Assembly: GCA_963706325.1 (NCBI GenBank)
Contig: CAVPLT010000007.1
Span: 416,001-480,000 of the forward strand
Direction of reading: 5' to 3'
Source of the DNA: an uncultured Nitrospiraceae bacterium
GTDB taxonomy: Bacteria; Nitrospirota; Nitrospiria; Nitrospirales; Nitrospiraceae
Length of the DNA stretch: 64,000 nucleotides
Positions 50,432 through 60,712 of the stretch are shown one piece after another (positions within the stretch are counted from its first letter, which is position 1; every line of letters begins with the position of its first letter). Both the position numbers and the translations under genes were made by a program. Below the pieces are notes generated by a model that made no database searches, was not told where the DNA came from, and saw only the letters and a list, made by a program, of their open reading frames with translations.

Positions 50432-53400
50432 ATGTCGAACGCCATTAATCTATACTTTCAGAACGCCCAACTCTCGATGGCTGCATATGCCAACCTGACG
50501 ATCGAAATGTCGGCGCAGCGATATAAGGAAGCCTTAATGGCAAATGGCTTTACCGATGCGCTTGCCGATCAATTCGTTGCGACGTATACCATCGCTGAGG
50601 ATACCTTTGTCGATCCAGTGAGTGGATTGTCAGTCACTCTTTTTCAAAAGAATGGAAGTACTGAAAAAATCCTCGCCGTCCGGGGAACACAACGAAGTGA
50701 TATCAATGACTTGCTTGCAGATGGACTCTTGAGTCTTGGCGAAGGTTCGGCCCTGAACCCTCAGTATCGCGCGTTGCAGATGTATTACATCGAGTTGACT
50801 CAGCGAGGCAAGATTAGTCCCAGTGAACTCATCACGGTCACAGGCCATTCATTGGGGGGATTTCTCGCCCAGGCGTTGACAGTGGATAACCCAACTAGTA
50901 TCGCCCATACCTATACGTTTAATGCTCCCGGCACGGGAGGATTTCTGATTGAGGTATTGCAGCGATTGGGGGTGACGGAGGATTCAGTTCCTTCAAATCT
51001 GATTACTAACATCATAAGCAAGAATGGATTGTCGGTCGCTGCAGGCTTGGGTACCCAGGTTGGTATTCCGGTGAATATTTTTATTGAAACGGCGGCTCTT
51101 AATCTATCATTTCATGATCATCAGATCTCCACGGCTACTGATGCTTTAGCATTCTACGATTTGCTTGCGACTATTGATCCACATGTGGAGATTCCAACTG
51201 TCTCCAGCATTCTTGAGGCTAGTGCATCTCGAACCGACCTAAGTTTAGAAGCCGGACTTGATTCTTTACGCATTCTTTTTTTAGGGAATCGCACACCCAC
51301 TCCTCCGGGACCATCAGGATTGGGTGATCTCAATCGTGAAGCCTACTATGCTAATTTAATTGCCCTTCGCAATAGTCAGCTGTCAAACAACATCTATCAT
51401 ATCGCCAGCTTGTCCGGTATGCCGAGTAATTCAGTTTTTAGCCACGCCAAGGCACCCACCCCTGATGGACTCGCTTTTCGATATGCGCTGCGCGAACTCA
51501 ATCCCTTTGTCGTGACTGGCCTCGATTACGAATCCATTCACAATCAGGATCAATCCCTGAGCCTCTACGATACAACCACGGGAGATGGGAACTGGACATT
51601 GGTCGCCTTAAACGATCGGGCGGAGCTGCTGGCGGAGCGAATAGGCTTCGACACCATCGACGGTGTGGGGCCGGTACGTCTCAACAATTCCCGACCCACT
51701 CATTTTCTCGACATGGCCACTAATTTTGAGGTCGGGACCACTTTCCCGCACACTAACGATGTCATTTTTGGAACGGCAGAGAACGATCGTGCATTGGAGG
51801 GGAGAGCTAACGACGATCACCTGTATGGCGGTTTGGGAGATGACGTAATCTCTGGACTTGGCGAGAGAGATTATCTCGAGGGAAACGCTGGTGACGATGA
51901 GATATACGGAGGTTCGGGAAACGATATCTTGTTGGGCCAGCAAGGCAAAGACTTCCTTGATGGAGGCATCGGTGCCGATCGTATGAGCGGAGGTACAGGC
52001 GATGACAGGTACATAGTCGACGATGTTGGTGATGTCGTGACGGAAGTCGAAGACGGAGGAGTAGATGGGGTGTACGCCTCAACAAGCTTCTCGCTCGGCG
52101 CCCATATAGAAAATCTGACTCTCACGGGAGTTGATGATACATCAGGAGCGGGCAACAATTTAGACAATATCATCAAGGGCAACAATGGCAACAATCGTCT
52201 GAGTGGTCTGCGAGGTGACGACCTGCTTGAGGGCGGCGCCGGATTCGATACGTACATCTATCGCACCGGCGATGGTGTGGATCGTATCGAGGATAGCGAT
52301 GCGCAGGGACAGATCATTTTCGACGATCATATATTACAGGGTGGTGTTCATCGTACCGGTGATGCCGCGAATGTCTATACAAGTCTTGATGGCCGCACGA
52401 CCTATGTGATGGCTAATACCGATCTCATCGTGAACGGCTTGCTGACTGTCAACGAAAACTTTCAGAGCGGGCAGATGGGGATACAATTGCGGGATGTGTC
52501 AGGTCTGCCGCATGACATAGGAGTTCCTGTTGGTCATTTTTCTGATACCTATGCTGGAGACAACAATGACAATGACTACCTAGGCCGCAGTGCGATTGGT
52601 GCGCTTGCGATCTACGGAAATGGTGGCAATGACACGCTCTATGGGGACCATGCTCCCCCCACAGGGTCTTTCCAAGACCTGCTGGATGGGGGCGCTGGCA
52701 ATGACGTGTTCTTCGGCGGGTATGGCGACGATTATTTGGTCGGAGCTTCGGGGGATGACTACGCCTTCATGACTGAGGGTGACATGTTTTTGGGAGGCGA
52801 CGGCGATGATTATACGGTGGGCATCGCCGCTTATTGGGATACTACGGGTCCCCGAATAGGGAGTGGGGCGCATTACGCCGATGGTGGCGTCGGTAATGAC
52901 ACGCTGCTCGGAGAGATGGGTGCCGACGTTCTGCTGGGAGGAGACGGCGATGATATGTTGCGCGGTGAGAATCGGCCAAATGGGTGGCTGAGTCTGGTGT
53001 ATGACAACTTTATGTGGAATCGAACGGCGCAGGCAGCTGTGGTTTCGCCGTCTGGAGGAGATGATTATCTCGATGGAGGCGCGGGCAATGATCTGCTTGT
53101 CGGCGATGGGGGGAGTGACATCCTAATAGGCGGAGCGGGGGAGGATGTGCTTTATGGGGAGTCAGACTTTACCCAGCCTATTCCTGGTGAAGATTGGCTG
53201 GAGGGCGGTGAGGGAAATGATCGGCTGTTTGGGGGAGGCGGGGCCGACTTCCTTTCTGGAGGGGCAGGCGACGATCTCCTGATTGGGGATTTTGCCGAAG
53301 ATCCAGGAGCTGCGGACATTCTCGATGGAGGCGCTGGGGCTGACGAACTCCAAGGTGGGGGAGGCGACGATATTCTGTATGGTGGAATTGGAATGGATCG

Positions 53401-56400
53401 GCTCGCTGGCTTTGCCGGGGACGACATGCTTGACGGCGGTACGGACAATGATGAGTTGCTAGGAGGGCTTGGCAACGATTTTCTATGGGGAGGGCTTGGT
53501 AATGATCGTATAATAGGACAGGAGGGGGATGACACTCTCTCCGGTGACGGAGGAGACGATGAGCTGCAGGGAGAGATTGGGAACGATACCCTCTTTGGTG
53601 GCACTGGCAATGACGCTCTTTTTGGCCAGGATGGGGAGGATCTTCTTGATGGCGAGGATGGTGATGATCTTGTCATCGGTGGACTCGGCAATGATCAGCT
53701 TTACGGAGGAGACGGAAACGACGACGTGCAGGGTCGAGAGGGTGACGACCTGGTTGTCGGTGGGGCAGGCGACGATTTTATCTATGGGGACGGTAATAAC
53801 CCAACTGTCCTGAGTCTGATCGGTGGGAATGACATTCTGGATGGTGAGGAGGGCGACGATCAATTGTGGGGCGGTGCTGGACAGGATCAATTGTTTGGTG
53901 GCGATGGCGTGGATCAATTAGTAGGTGATGTGGGAGATGACACGTTGTTCGGGGACGCCGGTGATGACTACCTGTTCGGAGACTCGCCGCTGGTGGTGGG
54001 GCAAGCTGGCAATGATGTGCTGGATGGTGGCGAGGGGAATGACTTCCTTCAGGGAGAAGGCGGTGACGATGACCTCCACGGCGGGCCAGGAACTGACTAT
54101 TTGGTCGGAGGGGATGGACGCGATACCTATCGCTTCAATTTGGGGGACGGTGTCGATTCGATTCAGGATGATGCGAGACAGAGTAACAGACTGGTCTTTG
54201 GGTTAGGCATTACAACTGACTCCCTTAGTCTGGATGTCTCAACAGGTGACGGCCTTCTGGTGCGTGTCGGAAACAGTGGGGATACGGTTCAGATTATCGG
54301 TTTTGGGCTTAATTCCCCGGCGGAGTTACACACTATCGGTCGGTTCGAGTTCGCCGATGGTACGGTGTTGACGGACGCCGAATTGCTCGGAGGTGGATTT
54401 CATTTGTCCGCTCCAGAGATTGGTGGAATGGTGCTTGGAACGGCCTATGCTGATCTCATTGAAGGCAGCCAAGTGGAAGATGTCCTCTACGGACGCGATG
54501 GGAACGATGTCCTGCACGGAAACCAGGGCAATGACGTGTTACAGGGCGAAGAGGGAGATGATGAGTTGGACGGCGGAGCCGGCAACGATCGGTTATATGG
54601 AAGCGCTGGTAGAAATATCCTGCGAGGCGGGGCCGGGAATGACGTCCTGGATTCGGCAGGTGTTGGTGACCAGCTTTTTGGAGGGACTGGAGACGATACT
54701 TATCATCTTTGGTCAGCGTCGCAAATCATCGACGAGGAGGTGAACGCGGGGACTGATACTATCTATCTTGCGCCCACTGCGTCTCTCACTTTTCAGGCTC
54801 CGGATAACATTGAGAATGTCGAAATCCCGGAAGATTTTTACCTTGATCCTACTGTGCAAGTGAATATGGTAGGCAATGCCTTAGGTAATCAATTATCCGG
54901 CGCAAGCCGGCTTGATGGCCGGGGTGGAAGCGATACGCTTATCGGAATCGGCGATAACACATTCGTTTTTGGCCGTGGCTATGGATATGACACGGTGCAA
55001 ACGGGCACTCAACTGTATGCGCACACCGGTCTCGATAAGATCGAGTTTTTGTCGGACATCGCACCCGCCGATCTCGTGTTCGAGAACCACGCCAATGACC
55101 TAGTCGTAAGAGTCAATGGAACCACAGATCAATTGACTGTAGCGTCCTACTTTGTCTCGCCGAGCGGCATAGTCGACCAGTTTGTCTTTACTGATGGAAC
55201 GATGTGGAGTTCCAACGACATCGAGAGTCGGACGCACGGTTTTGTCGGCAGCATGACGGACGAGACATTCTATGGCACCTCCAGTGACGATACCATCCGC
55301 GGACTAGGCGGGAACGACCAAATACGGGCATCAGCTGGCAACGATATTCTCGACGGAGGGACAGGAAACGATTTCTTGGAAGGCGGGTCTGGAAATGACA
55401 CCTATGTGTTTGGCCTAGGATATGGAGAAGACTTCATTGACGAACAAGGCGATGCCTCCGATATTGATACACTTCAACTCGAAGGAATTAATCCGAGCGA
55501 TATTACGTTGCATGCGACGCCTGATTTTATGACCGATGCCATCCTGACGATTAATAATACCGCTGATCAATTGCTTCTCGCCGGATTCTTCTCCTTTGAT
55601 TCGCTCCGCGTAGATCGGTTCCAATTCGCTGATGGCACGGTGTGGGATTACAACGCCATGCTCGCTCACACGGAAGGCGTAACGCTTGAGGGCACCGAAG
55701 ATCAAGATTTTCTATACGGAAATGTCACAAACGATGTGTTATCGGGATTAGGAGGAGACGATGTCCTGAGTGGAGGAGCTGGCCACGATACACTCTTTGG
55801 CGGCGCCGGAGCTGATCAGCTCACTGGCTCTGCCGGCAACGACCTTCTGGATGGAGGAACGGATGTCGATGTCATGAACGGCGGATCAGGAAATGACATC
55901 TACATGGTAGATAATATTGGCGATGCAGTGACCGAACAGGCAGTTCAGGGCACCGACACCGTTCAAAGCAGCATCGCCTATGCACTGGGTGCGAATCTGG
56001 AAAATCTCACCCTGACCGGCAGTGCTTCCATCAACGGAACGGGGAACTCATTGAATAACACGTTAACCGGCAATAGCGGAGCCAATGTCTTATCCGGTGG
56101 TACAGGCAATGATACCTATGTCGTCGATACCGGTGATTCTGTGATTGAGTTGTCTGGCCAGGGCACGGATACCATACAAAGCGTTGTCACGTATATGTTG
56201 GGTTCGAATGTCGAAAATCTGACGCTCATCGGAACTGCGGCGATAGACGGCACGGGCAACACGTTGAATAACGTGCTGGTCGGCAACAGCAATGCGAATG
56301 TGTTGAACGGCTGGATCGGGGCTGACGCGATGTCTGGCGGCACCGGCGATGATACGTATGTCGTCGATAATGCCGGAGATACCGTAACGGAGAATGCGAA

Positions 56401-58090
56401 TGCTGGTACCGACACGGTGCAAAGCTCTCTCACCTACACCCTCGGTGCCAATGTCGAGAACCTTACACTGACTGGAACAACAGCCATTAATGGCACGGGT
56501 AACGCACTGAATAACGTACTCAGTGGCAACAGTGGTGCGAATGTGCTCAGTGGCGGGACCGGCGCCGATGTGATGGCTGGGGGGACTGGAAATGATACCT
56601 ACGTCGTCGACCATGTGGGAGATGTGGTGACCGAAAATGCAGGTGGGGGGACTGATCTGGTGCAGAGCTCTATCACATATGTCTTGGAAAGCGAGGTTGA
56701 AAACCTCACATTGACGGGTGCTTCGGCGATCAATGGCACCGGAAATGCCTTGAACAACAGCCTCACCGGCAACACCGGAAACAACATTCTGGATGGAGGC
56801 TCTGGTGCCGATGCGCTGGCCGGATGGACTGGCAATGATACTTATGTGGTCGATAATCTCGGGGACACGGTGACCGAAGCCGCGAGCGCCGGTACGGACG
56901 CGGTGCAGAGTGCGGTCACATGGACGTTGGGCTCAAATATTGAAAATTTGACGCTCACTGGCACAGCGGCGATCAACGCCACCGGGAATACGTTAAACAA
57001 TGTCATCATCGGCAACGGTGCCGCCAACGTGATAAGTGGAGGGACAGGGGCCGATGCGATGTCTGGAGGGGCCGGCGACGACACCTATGTCATCGATAAT
57101 GCTGGAGATACAGTGGCCGAGAACGCGGGCGCTGGTACCGACACGGTGCAAAGCTCTCTCACCTACATCCTCGGTGCCAATGTCGAGAACCTTACGTTGA
57201 CCGGAACGACGGCCATCAATGGAACAGGCAATGCCTTGGACAACATCCTCACTGGCAATAGTGGGGCGAATATGCTTACTGGGGGTGCCGGCAACGATAC
57301 TTATGTCGTTGGGACTGGCGATTCGGTGGCAGAAAATGCCAATGCAGGCATTGATACGGTTCAAAGCTCCGTCACATGGACCTTGGGTGGCAATCTTGAG
57401 AACTTGACCCTCACTGGCTCGACGGCTATCAATGGGACGGGCAATACCATGGATAACATTCTGACTGGCAACATTGCCGCGAACGTCTTAACCGGGGGGG
57501 CGGGTAACGACACCTACGTAGTAGGGGCAGGTGATTCAGTGGTCGAAAGCGCCAGTGCGGGAACCGATACAGTTCGGAGTTCCGTTGCGTGGACGTTGGG
57601 CACCAATCTCGAGAACTTGACCTTGACCGGCACATCGGCGGTCAACGGTACTGGCAATGCCTCCAACAATGCGCTGGGGGGGAATAGTGCAAATAATATC
57701 CTCAGTGGGCTCGGAGGCAGTGATATGTACTTGTATAACCGAGGTGGTGGCCAGGATACGGTGATCGACAATGCGGGCGCAGCCGACAGCATTCTGTTCG
57801 AGGCCACGATAAATCCCATGGATTTGGTGCTCAGCCGACAGACGAATGATTTGCGACTCGCTATCCATGGCAGCACGGACCAGGTCACGATTCAGAACTG
57901 GTATGGGGGCGCGACAAATCAAACGGAAATGATTCAGGCCGGCAATGGCCAGACGCTATTGAATACGCAGGTTAATCAATTGATCCAAGCGATGGCGTCC
58001 TTTAGCCAGCAGACTGGTCTGACCTGGGACCAGGCGATCGATCAGCGACCGCAGGAGGTCCAGACGGTCCTTGCCGCGAACTGGCACTAA
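50432..58090 (+). CDS. RTX calcium-binding protein with N-terminal lipase (class 3-like) domain, T1SS substrate
   Basis: AVRGT, TGHSLGG, FNAPG; dozens of GGxGxDxL nonapeptides; ENLTLTG repeats; C-terminal VNQLIQAMASF..LAANW secretion signal. Confidence 0.92.
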   Translation: MSNAINLYFQNAQLSMAAYANLTIEMSAQRYKEALMANGFTDALADQFVATYTIAEDTFVDPVSGLSVTLFQKNGSTEKILAVRGTQRSDINDLLADGLLSLGEGSALNPQYRALQMYYIELTQRGKISPSELITVTGHSLGGFLAQALTVDNPTSIAHTYTFNAPGTGGFLIEVLQRLGVTEDSVPSNLITNIISKNGLSVAAGLGTQVGIPVNIFIETAALNLSFHDHQISTATDALAFYDLLATIDPHVEIPTVSSILEASASRTDLSLEAGLDSLRILFLGNRTPTPPGPSGLGDLNREAYYANLIALRNSQLSNNIYHIASLSGMPSNSVFSHAKAPTPDGLAFRYALRELNPFVVTGLDYESIHNQDQSLSLYDTTTGDGNWTLVALNDRAELLAERIGFDTIDGVGPVRLNNSRPTHFLDMATNFEVGTTFPHTNDVIFGTAENDRALEGRANDDHLYGGLGDDVISGLGERDYLEGNAGDDEIYGGSGNDILLGQQGKDFLDGGIGADRMSGGTGDDRYIVDDVGDVVTEVEDGGVDGVYASTSFSLGAHIENLTLTGVDDTSGAGNNLDNIIKGNNGNNRLSGLRGDDLLEGGAGFDTYIYRTGDGVDRIEDSDAQGQIIFDDHILQGGVHRTGDAANVYTSLDGRTTYVMANTDLIVNGLLTVNENFQSGQMGIQLRDVSGLPHDIGVPVGHFSDTYAGDNNDNDYLGRSAIGALAIYGNGGNDTLYGDHAPPTGSFQDLLDGGAGNDVFFGGYGDDYLVGASGDDYAFMTEGDMFLGGDGDDYTVGIAAYWDTTGPRIGSGAHYADGGVGNDTLLGEMGADVLLGGDGDDMLRGENRPNGWLSLVYDNFMWNRTAQAAVVSPSGGDDYLDGGAGNDLLVGDGGSDILIGGAGEDVLYGESDFTQPIPGEDWLEGGEGNDRLFGGGGADFLSGGAGDDLLIGDFAEDPGAADILDGGAGADELQGGGGDDILYGGIGMDRLAGFAGDDMLDGGTDNDELLGGLGNDFLWGGLGNDRIIGQEGDDTLSGDGGDDELQGEIGNDTLFGGTGNDALFGQDGEDLLDGEDGDDLVIGGLGNDQLYGGDGNDDVQGREGDDLVVGGAGDDFIYGDGNNPTVLSLIGGNDILDGEEGDDQLWGGAGQDQLFGGDGVDQLVGDVGDDTLFGDAGDDYLFGDSPLVVGQAGNDVLDGGEGNDFLQGEGGDDDLHGGPGTDYLVGGDGRDTYRFNLGDGVDSIQDDARQSNRLVFGLGITTDSLSLDVSTGDGLLVRVGNSGDTVQIIGFGLNSPAELHTIGRFEFADGTVLTDAELLGGGFHLSAPEIGGMVLGTAYADLIEGSQVEDVLYGRDGNDVLHGNQGNDVLQGEEGDDELDGGAGNDRLYGSAGRNILRGGAGNDVLDSAGVGDQLFGGTGDDTYHLWSASQIIDEEVNAGTDTIYLAPTASLTFQAPDNIENVEIPEDFYLDPTVQVNMVGNALGNQLSGASRLDGRGGSDTLIGIGDNTFVFGRGYGYDTVQTGTQLYAHTGLDKIEFLSDIAPADLVFENHANDLVVRVNGTTDQLTVASYFVSPSGIVDQFVFTDGTMWSSNDIESRTHGFVGSMTDETFYGTSSDDTIRGLGGNDQIRASAGNDILDGGTGNDFLEGGSGNDTYVFGLGYGEDFIDEQGDASDIDTLQLEGINPSDITLHATPDFMTDAILTINNTADQLLLAGFFSFDSLRVDRFQFADGTVWDYNAMLAHTEGVTLEGTEDQDFLYGNVTNDVLSGLGGDDVLSGGAGHDTLFGGAGADQLTGSAGNDLLDGGTDVDVMNGGSGNDIYMVDNIGDAVTEQAVQGTDTVQSSIAYALGANLENLTLTGSASINGTGNSLNNTLTGNSGANVLSGGTGNDTYVVDTGDSVIELSGQGTDTIQSVVTYMLGSNVENLTLIGTAAIDGTGNTLNNVLVGNSNANVLNGWIGADAMSGGTGDDTYVVDNAGDTVTENANAGTDTVQSSLTYTLGANVENLTLTGTTAINGTGNALNNVLSGNSGANVLSGGTGADVMAGGTGNDTYVVDHVGDVVTENAGGGTDLVQSSITYVLESEVENLTLTGASAINGTGNALNNSLTGNTGNNILDGGSGADALAGWTGNDTYVVDNLGDTVTEAASAGTDAVQSAVTWTLGSNIENLTLTGTAAINATGNTLNNVIIGNGAANVISGGTGADAMSGGAGDDTYVIDNAGDTVAENAGAGTDTVQSSLTYILGANVENLTLTGTTAINGTGNALDNILTGNSGANMLTGGAGNDTYVVGTGDSVAENANAGIDTVQSSVTWTLGGNLENLTLTGSTAINGTGNTMDNILTGNIAANVLTGGAGNDTYVVGAGDSVVESASAGTDTVRSSVAWTLGTNLENLTLTGTSAVNGTGNASNNALGGNSANNILSGLGGSDMYLYNRGGGQDTVIDNAGAADSILFEATINPMDLVLSRQTNDLRLAIHGSTDQVTIQNWYGGATNQTEMIQAGNGQTLLNTQVNQLIQAMASFSQQTGLTWDQAIDQRPQEVQTVLAANWH
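55870..57720 (+). repeat. Tandem ~70-80-aa repeat block within the RTX gene
   Basis: Recurrent DTYVVD..GD.V.E....GTD.VQS....L..N.ENLTLTG...INGTGN units. Confidence 0.85.
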
Positions 58091-58393
58091 AGTGCAGCTT
58101 ATGTCGCCCCGGATTCCTGCGGGGCCATCTTCCTTTCCAATCGCGATCTCTCTTTCGCCCTCTCAGAATTGTTTCATCTAATCTGGCCTCCCTTCCTATT
58201 TTCCAGGCCTTCACTTCGAGAAAAGTGGCGAATTACTGTGGTTAAAGGGCTTTGTGGTCCCGTACCGAAGAGGTACAGCCTCCGTGTAATGGCCGAACTG
58301 GGCTTCGCGGGTACATTTAGAACATCGATGCAACGCAAGAAATCAGCCCCATCACCGCACGCCCCCATGCCGGCGCTGCTTAGGAGGTCTACG

Positions 58394-58892
58394 ATGTCAC
58401 GACGAACCATTCTCTCCCTCGCCCTATGGACGCTGATCGCCGGTGGCTTCGAAGGGTGTACGACGATGGGTAAGCCCGGCTCTTCCACGACGTTACCGAG
58501 TAGCGCATTCTTCTCCGTCGATGCCAATGAGTTGAAACCACTTCAAGCCATTGCTCATGCACAAGATAGTCCGCATGAAGAATTGCCATAAAGGGTCGGC
58601 CTGCGAGGAAGCCTACTACACCCGGGGCTTGGTCGCCCTGTTCGAGAATCGGGCCGATGCCATTACGGTGTTTCAAGAGTTACACACGGCGATGCCGAAT
58701 AATCGCTATGAGGTAGCCACCACCGGGTGGTTGAATCTTCTACAGGATACCGCGCCCTCATCTATCCATAGCAAAGCGCTGATGCTTCAGTTGAAACAAG
58801 AAGTGCTTCACAATCTGTTGGAACGGTCTGACCTTGCGACGGTTCGAAGTGTAAAAGACCATGACCGCCGGGTCGCAGAGCTCAATCGCTAG
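58394..58892 (+). pseudogene. Lipoprotein with a frameshift near 58568
   Basis: AGGAGG + ATG 58394, FEGC lipobox; continues in another frame as RMKNCHKGSACEEAYYTRGL. Confidence 0.65.
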
Positions 58893-59154
58893 TTCCGCTG
58901 TCTCCACCTCCTGTTCACCCGACCGGCATCGCTCCTATGCCGGTCGGGGGCGCCCCACCGCGGTTATCTTCTCCACGTCAATTTCAGCAGATACCCTTAA
59001 AAGGCATTGTGTGTGTGGCATCCTCACCGTGCCTGATAAATCGCATGCACCTCTCATGCCCTTGCGCCCTTGCAGTTGAGTTTGCAAGGAGGCACGGCTA
59101 CACTCTTCCTAAGAGCGATGGATTTCTAAGCGCCTGCTGCCGGTGGAGGTGTGT

Positions 59155-60012
59155 ATGTATGTATTCATTATGACCATCCTAGCGTTCCTGGCCATCATCA
59201 ACGGGGCTCCTTTGGCCGTAGCGGGCGAATTATCAGCCAGCCAGAACGGCCAACAGGCGGCAGTCGAAACGGTCAAAGGGAAAGATGGCGCGCCGATGAT
59301 TCTGATTCCCTCCGGTCCGTTTACAATGGGAAGTAATGATGGTCTGCCTGCCGAGCGGCCGGAGCATTCGGTGACACTCGACGCCTATTTTATCGATCGA
59401 TATGAAGTCTCGTTGCAGCTGTATGGAACGTTTCTTCAGGAAGCGCAACATGATGCACCCTCGACATGGGATGATGAGGCAGTCATGACCGTCGGCGATC
59501 GTCCGGCTGTCGGAATGGTATGGGCGGATGCAGCAGCCTACTGCGCCTGGGCCGGGAAGCGCCTTCCGACGGAAGCCGAATGGGAAAAAGCCGCGCGTGG
59601 CACTGACGGGCGTCGTTATCCGTGGGGGCACATGCAACCGTTTGTGGACATTGCCAATTACAATCGCGGTGTGTGGGTGAGCGAAGCCATCACCCTTGCG
59701 TCAGTTTCCAGCGGAGTTGAGGGGATGAGCGTGCGCCACGGCTTAAAAGACGGCGGCAGAAGTCCGTATGGTTTGCACCACATGGCGGGGAATGCGGCTG
59801 AATGGGTAACCGATTGGTATGATCGTGAGTACTATTCGAAGAGTCCGGAGAAGAATCCCACGGGTCCTGACAAGGGTGAGAAAAAGGTACTTCGAGGAGG
59901 ATCTTGGGCCGATTTGCCGATTGGATTGAGAGTGTCAGCTCGCATGTCGGCAGAGCCTGACTTTCAGGATCGAACCATTGGGTTTCGCTGCGCCATGGAT
60001 AACAAGAAATAG
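59155..60012 (+). CDS. Formylglycine-generating enzyme (SUMF1) domain protein
   Basis: FTMGS, KRLPTEAEWEKAARG, MAGNAAEW, RGGSW, GFRC. Confidence 0.92.
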   Translation: MYVFIMTILAFLAIINGAPLAVAGELSASQNGQQAAVETVKGKDGAPMILIPSGPFTMGSNDGLPAERPEHSVTLDAYFIDRYEVSLQLYGTFLQEAQHDAPSTWDDEAVMTVGDRPAVGMVWADAAAYCAWAGKRLPTEAEWEKAARGTDGRRYPWGHMQPFVDIANYNRGVWVSEAITLASVSSGVEGMSVRHGLKDGGRSPYGLHHMAGNAAEWVTDWYDREYYSKSPEKNPTGPDKGEKKVLRGGSWADLPIGLRVSARMSAEPDFQDRTIGFRCAMDNKK

Positions 60013-60116
60013 TTCCGCACCGGCTCTAAAACCGATCGATTTTTAGGGACCTGTTATCTGAAGAGCATGGATGCATTTCACCGGTGACATCTCTGTAAGG
60101 TCTGCGTTCATCATCG

Positions 60117-60638
60117 ATGCCTGATTTCGTTTCTCCGCCATCCGTGCCACCGACGAACCAGAAAAACAAAGCCCTGGGGATATTTGCGGCCGGGTTTGTG
60201 ATGCTGGTCGCCTTAGCTGCGATCCGGAGTGGTTTGCCGTCTTCTGAGTCGCTTCGGCAGGTCCCGAAAATCGATTCCACAATGATCCCGTTGGTAACTG
60301 GCGACGAGCCGATCCAAGAGTTGTTTGTGCGTTCCGGCTGTCCGGTCTGTCATCAGATCCCTGGTATTGGCGGGGCGAACGGACAGGTGGGTCCTCCACT
60401 TTGGCTCGGGAAGACGGGGGCGATGCGTCTTGCTGATCCGCAGTATCATGGTCAGGCACAGACTGTTCGTGAGTATATCGTCGAGTCCATCGTGTCGCCT
60501 GGGACGTATGTCGTGCCCGGATTTCCCGCGGATACAATGCCGACCTGGTATGGACGGAAGTTGAGCGCCAATGCGTTAAGTAAGATTGTCTCGTATCTTG
60601 AGTCAGCCACGGAGGTGAAGCCGTCTGAGATACCTTAA
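60117..60638 (+). CDS. Membrane-anchored monoheme cytochrome c
   Basis: CPVCH, GP.L, YIVESIV.P, MP. Confidence 0.85.
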   Translation: MPDFVSPPSVPPTNQKNKALGIFAAGFVMLVALAAIRSGLPSSESLRQVPKIDSTMIPLVTGDEPIQELFVRSGCPVCHQIPGIGGANGQVGPPLWLGKTGAMRLADPQYHGQAQTVREYIVESIVSPGTYVVPGFPADTMPTWYGRKLSANALSKIVSYLESATEVKPSEIP

Positions 60639-60712
60639 ATGTGAGGGCTTTGGTTGTGATTGAGAAATGGACTGATGTCTGAGGGCGATCTGCTTTCACA
60701 ACGCTGGAATCG

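Noticed and set aside
52580..57720. RTX repeats as a CRISPR-like array, and their antisense Ser/Pro-rich ORFs
   Set aside because: In-frame protein repeats; the antisense ORFs are shadows; no cas genes.
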